The position numbers and the translations under genes are program-made. Shown in pieces: positions 39,077 through 40,006 of a stretch of 40,006 nucleotides of DNA (positions are counted from its first letter, which is position 1; every line of letters begins with the position of its first letter). This DNA comes from Dehalococcoidales bacterium (GTDB lineage Bacteria; Chloroflexota; Dehalococcoidia; Dehalococcoidales; UBA2162). Location of the stretch: assembly GCA_020354275.1 (NCBI GenBank), contig CP070645.1, positions 1,372,788-1,412,793 of the forward strand, in the 5' to 3' direction. The notes beneath the pieces are model-generated. The model was not told the DNA's origin, searched no databases, and was given only the letters and a program-made list of their open reading frames with translations.

Positions 39077-39469
39077 CTATCTGGGGTTGTCTTTGAGCTT
39101 CTCGTATAGTCTGGTAGCGGCATCACAGCCAAGGGCAATCTCTATCGTTTCGGCTTTCTCACGGAATACCAGCGGATAAAGGAAGCAAGCGAGGGGCTTG
39201 ACTACATGTATGGTACAACCGACTTCGCTTTTGTAGAAGGGGCACGGACTCTTGAGTAATGGGCGGTTCTTCTCAAATACAATCAGTCCTTCCATGGAGG
39301 TACCCAGGTAGTCGCTTATTCTTTCTATATCTTTGTCGGTCAGCCCGATGCCGGGTATCTCACGGCAGCACCTGCCGCACCGGTCACACCGAAAGTGTGA
39401 GAGAACCCCGAATATCCTTTCTACAGTTAACGGGATCCCGGTATCCGCAGCCAGCACTTTCTGTATCAA
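39077..39469 (-). CDS. YkgJ-family (UPF0153) Cys-cluster zinc/iron-chelating domain protein
   Basis: The CDRCGRCC signature (CxxCxxCC) is followed by the downstream CPFY...GCTIH...C pattern. Confidence 0.72.
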   Translation of the reverse strand: MIQKVLAADTGIPLTVERIFGVLSHFRCDRCGRCCREIPGIGLTDKDIERISDYLGTSMEGLIVFEKNRPLLKSPCPFYKSEVGCTIHVVKPLACFLYPLVFREKAETIEIALGCDAATRLYEKLKDNPR

Positions 39470-39484
39470 TTAAACACTCCGAAT

Positions 39485-39802
39485 TCAAATTACTGGTGTT
39501 TCGTGCATATTACAGTAGTCAACTAATTGGGTAGCGCTTATATTGCCCTCCGAGAATTCTCGGAGTAACCGCATGAGTTCTTCTTCAGATGGAGATGACA
39601 CCACTGGTTCCGCTTCGCGTAACCGACGCCTTGCGGCAGCCCTTGGCCTGGTCGTAGTTGAGTGAACCATTATTGAACTGGCCAGTATTCTAGGCCTCCA
39701 GCCACAGTTTATACAGTAGGATTCTCCATCGCGCTTATCAGTAAAAAGGCGTCCATTAACACACTTGGGGCATTGGGAAATACTATTGTTATTGCCTGTC
39801 AT
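39485..39802 (-). CDS. Small zinc-ribbon protein (105 aa), function unknown
   Basis: CPKC-x17-CINC at the N-terminus, a basic linker (RPRAAARRRLRE) and a helical acidic C-terminus. An AAGGAG SD is upstream. It lies 15 nt upstream of the YkgJ gene. Confidence 0.55.
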   Translation of the reverse strand: MTGNNNSISQCPKCVNGRLFTDKRDGESYCINCGWRPRILASSIMVHSTTTRPRAAARRRLREAEPVVSSPSEEELMRLLREFSEGNISATQLVDYCNMHETPVI

Positions 39803-40006
39803 CTCTATCGGTGCTCCTTACCCTGTCTTACTGACGGGAATACCCTCCCAGTTGGTAGGCTATTTAGCCAACATGCAGCGATACTGTTATACCGGTAGTC
39901 TAGCAGGGGAGAGTATATAAAATGGTAAGAATAGTTCGAAATTGGTAGAGCTATGGTAATTTTTATTAAATCCGGTAATTATCCTGTCTTAGCCGTCGAG
40001 GCAGGA

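Noticed and set aside
39925-40006. tRNA-like fragments (TA-GTTC-gaaattggta-GAGC, resembling a D-arm) lie near the right edge, together with a repeated CCTGTCTTA 9-mer (39821 and 39983).
   Set aside because: No credible anticodon stem or T-arm (GTTCRA) follows, and the acceptor pairing cannot be formed within the window. A 9-mer repeat at this spacing is compatible with chance.

Overview
This 40-kb window is mostly core housekeeping DNA, and I do not see a convincing novel multi-gene system such as defence, CRISPR, a mobile element or a toxin-antitoxin pair. I found no tRNA or rRNA genes, CRISPR arrays or transposases.

Layout:
- Bases 1-765 (- strand) hold the 5' part of gyrB, running off the left edge. 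It is absent from the ORF track.
- A divergent promoter region follows.
- Bases 1.1-21.7 kb (+ strand) carry one long, tightly packed ribosomal-protein supercluster: rpsL-rpsG-fusA, then with no tuf the S10 block (rpsJ to rpsQ), the spc block (rplN to rplO, secY, adk, map, infA, rpmJ), the alpha block (rpsM-rpsK-rpsD-rpoA-rplQ), and truA-rplM-rpsI. rpmJ (37 codons) is also missing from the ORF track.
- Bases 21.7-26.8 kb (+) carry a TrmO/TsaA-like gene, an endonuclease III-related glycosylase, a YfcE-like phosphoesterase, and a two-crotonase plus acyl-CoA-ligase operon.
- Bases 26.8-35.8 kb (-) carry a GNAT gene, plsY, a PHP phosphoesterase, ymdB, rny, recX, recA, a small SAM methyltransferase, nadE and a flavin reductase.
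- Bases 36-40 kb carry an isochorismatase-like hydrolase (+), then on the - strand a 105-aa orphan, an MFS transporter, a YkgJ-type Cys-cluster protein and a small zinc-ribbon protein.

Several features suggest a Terrabacteria lineage, possibly Chloroflexota/Dehalococcoidia-like. These are the gene content (RNase Y plus YmdB, long-form S12, zinc-type S14, S4 and Adk), the absence of tuf after fusA, heavy gene overlap and roughly 50% GC. This placement is inference only.

The observations most worth a second look:
1. The TrmO gene is cut by a single in-frame TAG that directly abuts an ATG.
2. Ribosomal protein S3 has a C-terminal acidic repeat tail of about 125 aa containing a canonical AT-hook core (RGRPRK).
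3. A structured leader of about 170 nt, with a near-consensus promoter, a U7 run and an SD-occluding helix, lies upstream of the small methyltransferase.
4. The conserved N-terminus of the MFS gene lies upstream of its ATG in another frame, behind a leaderless-type extended -10 promoter. This points to a homopolymer frameshift.
5. A 30-bp perfect palindrome lies in the rpsL leader.
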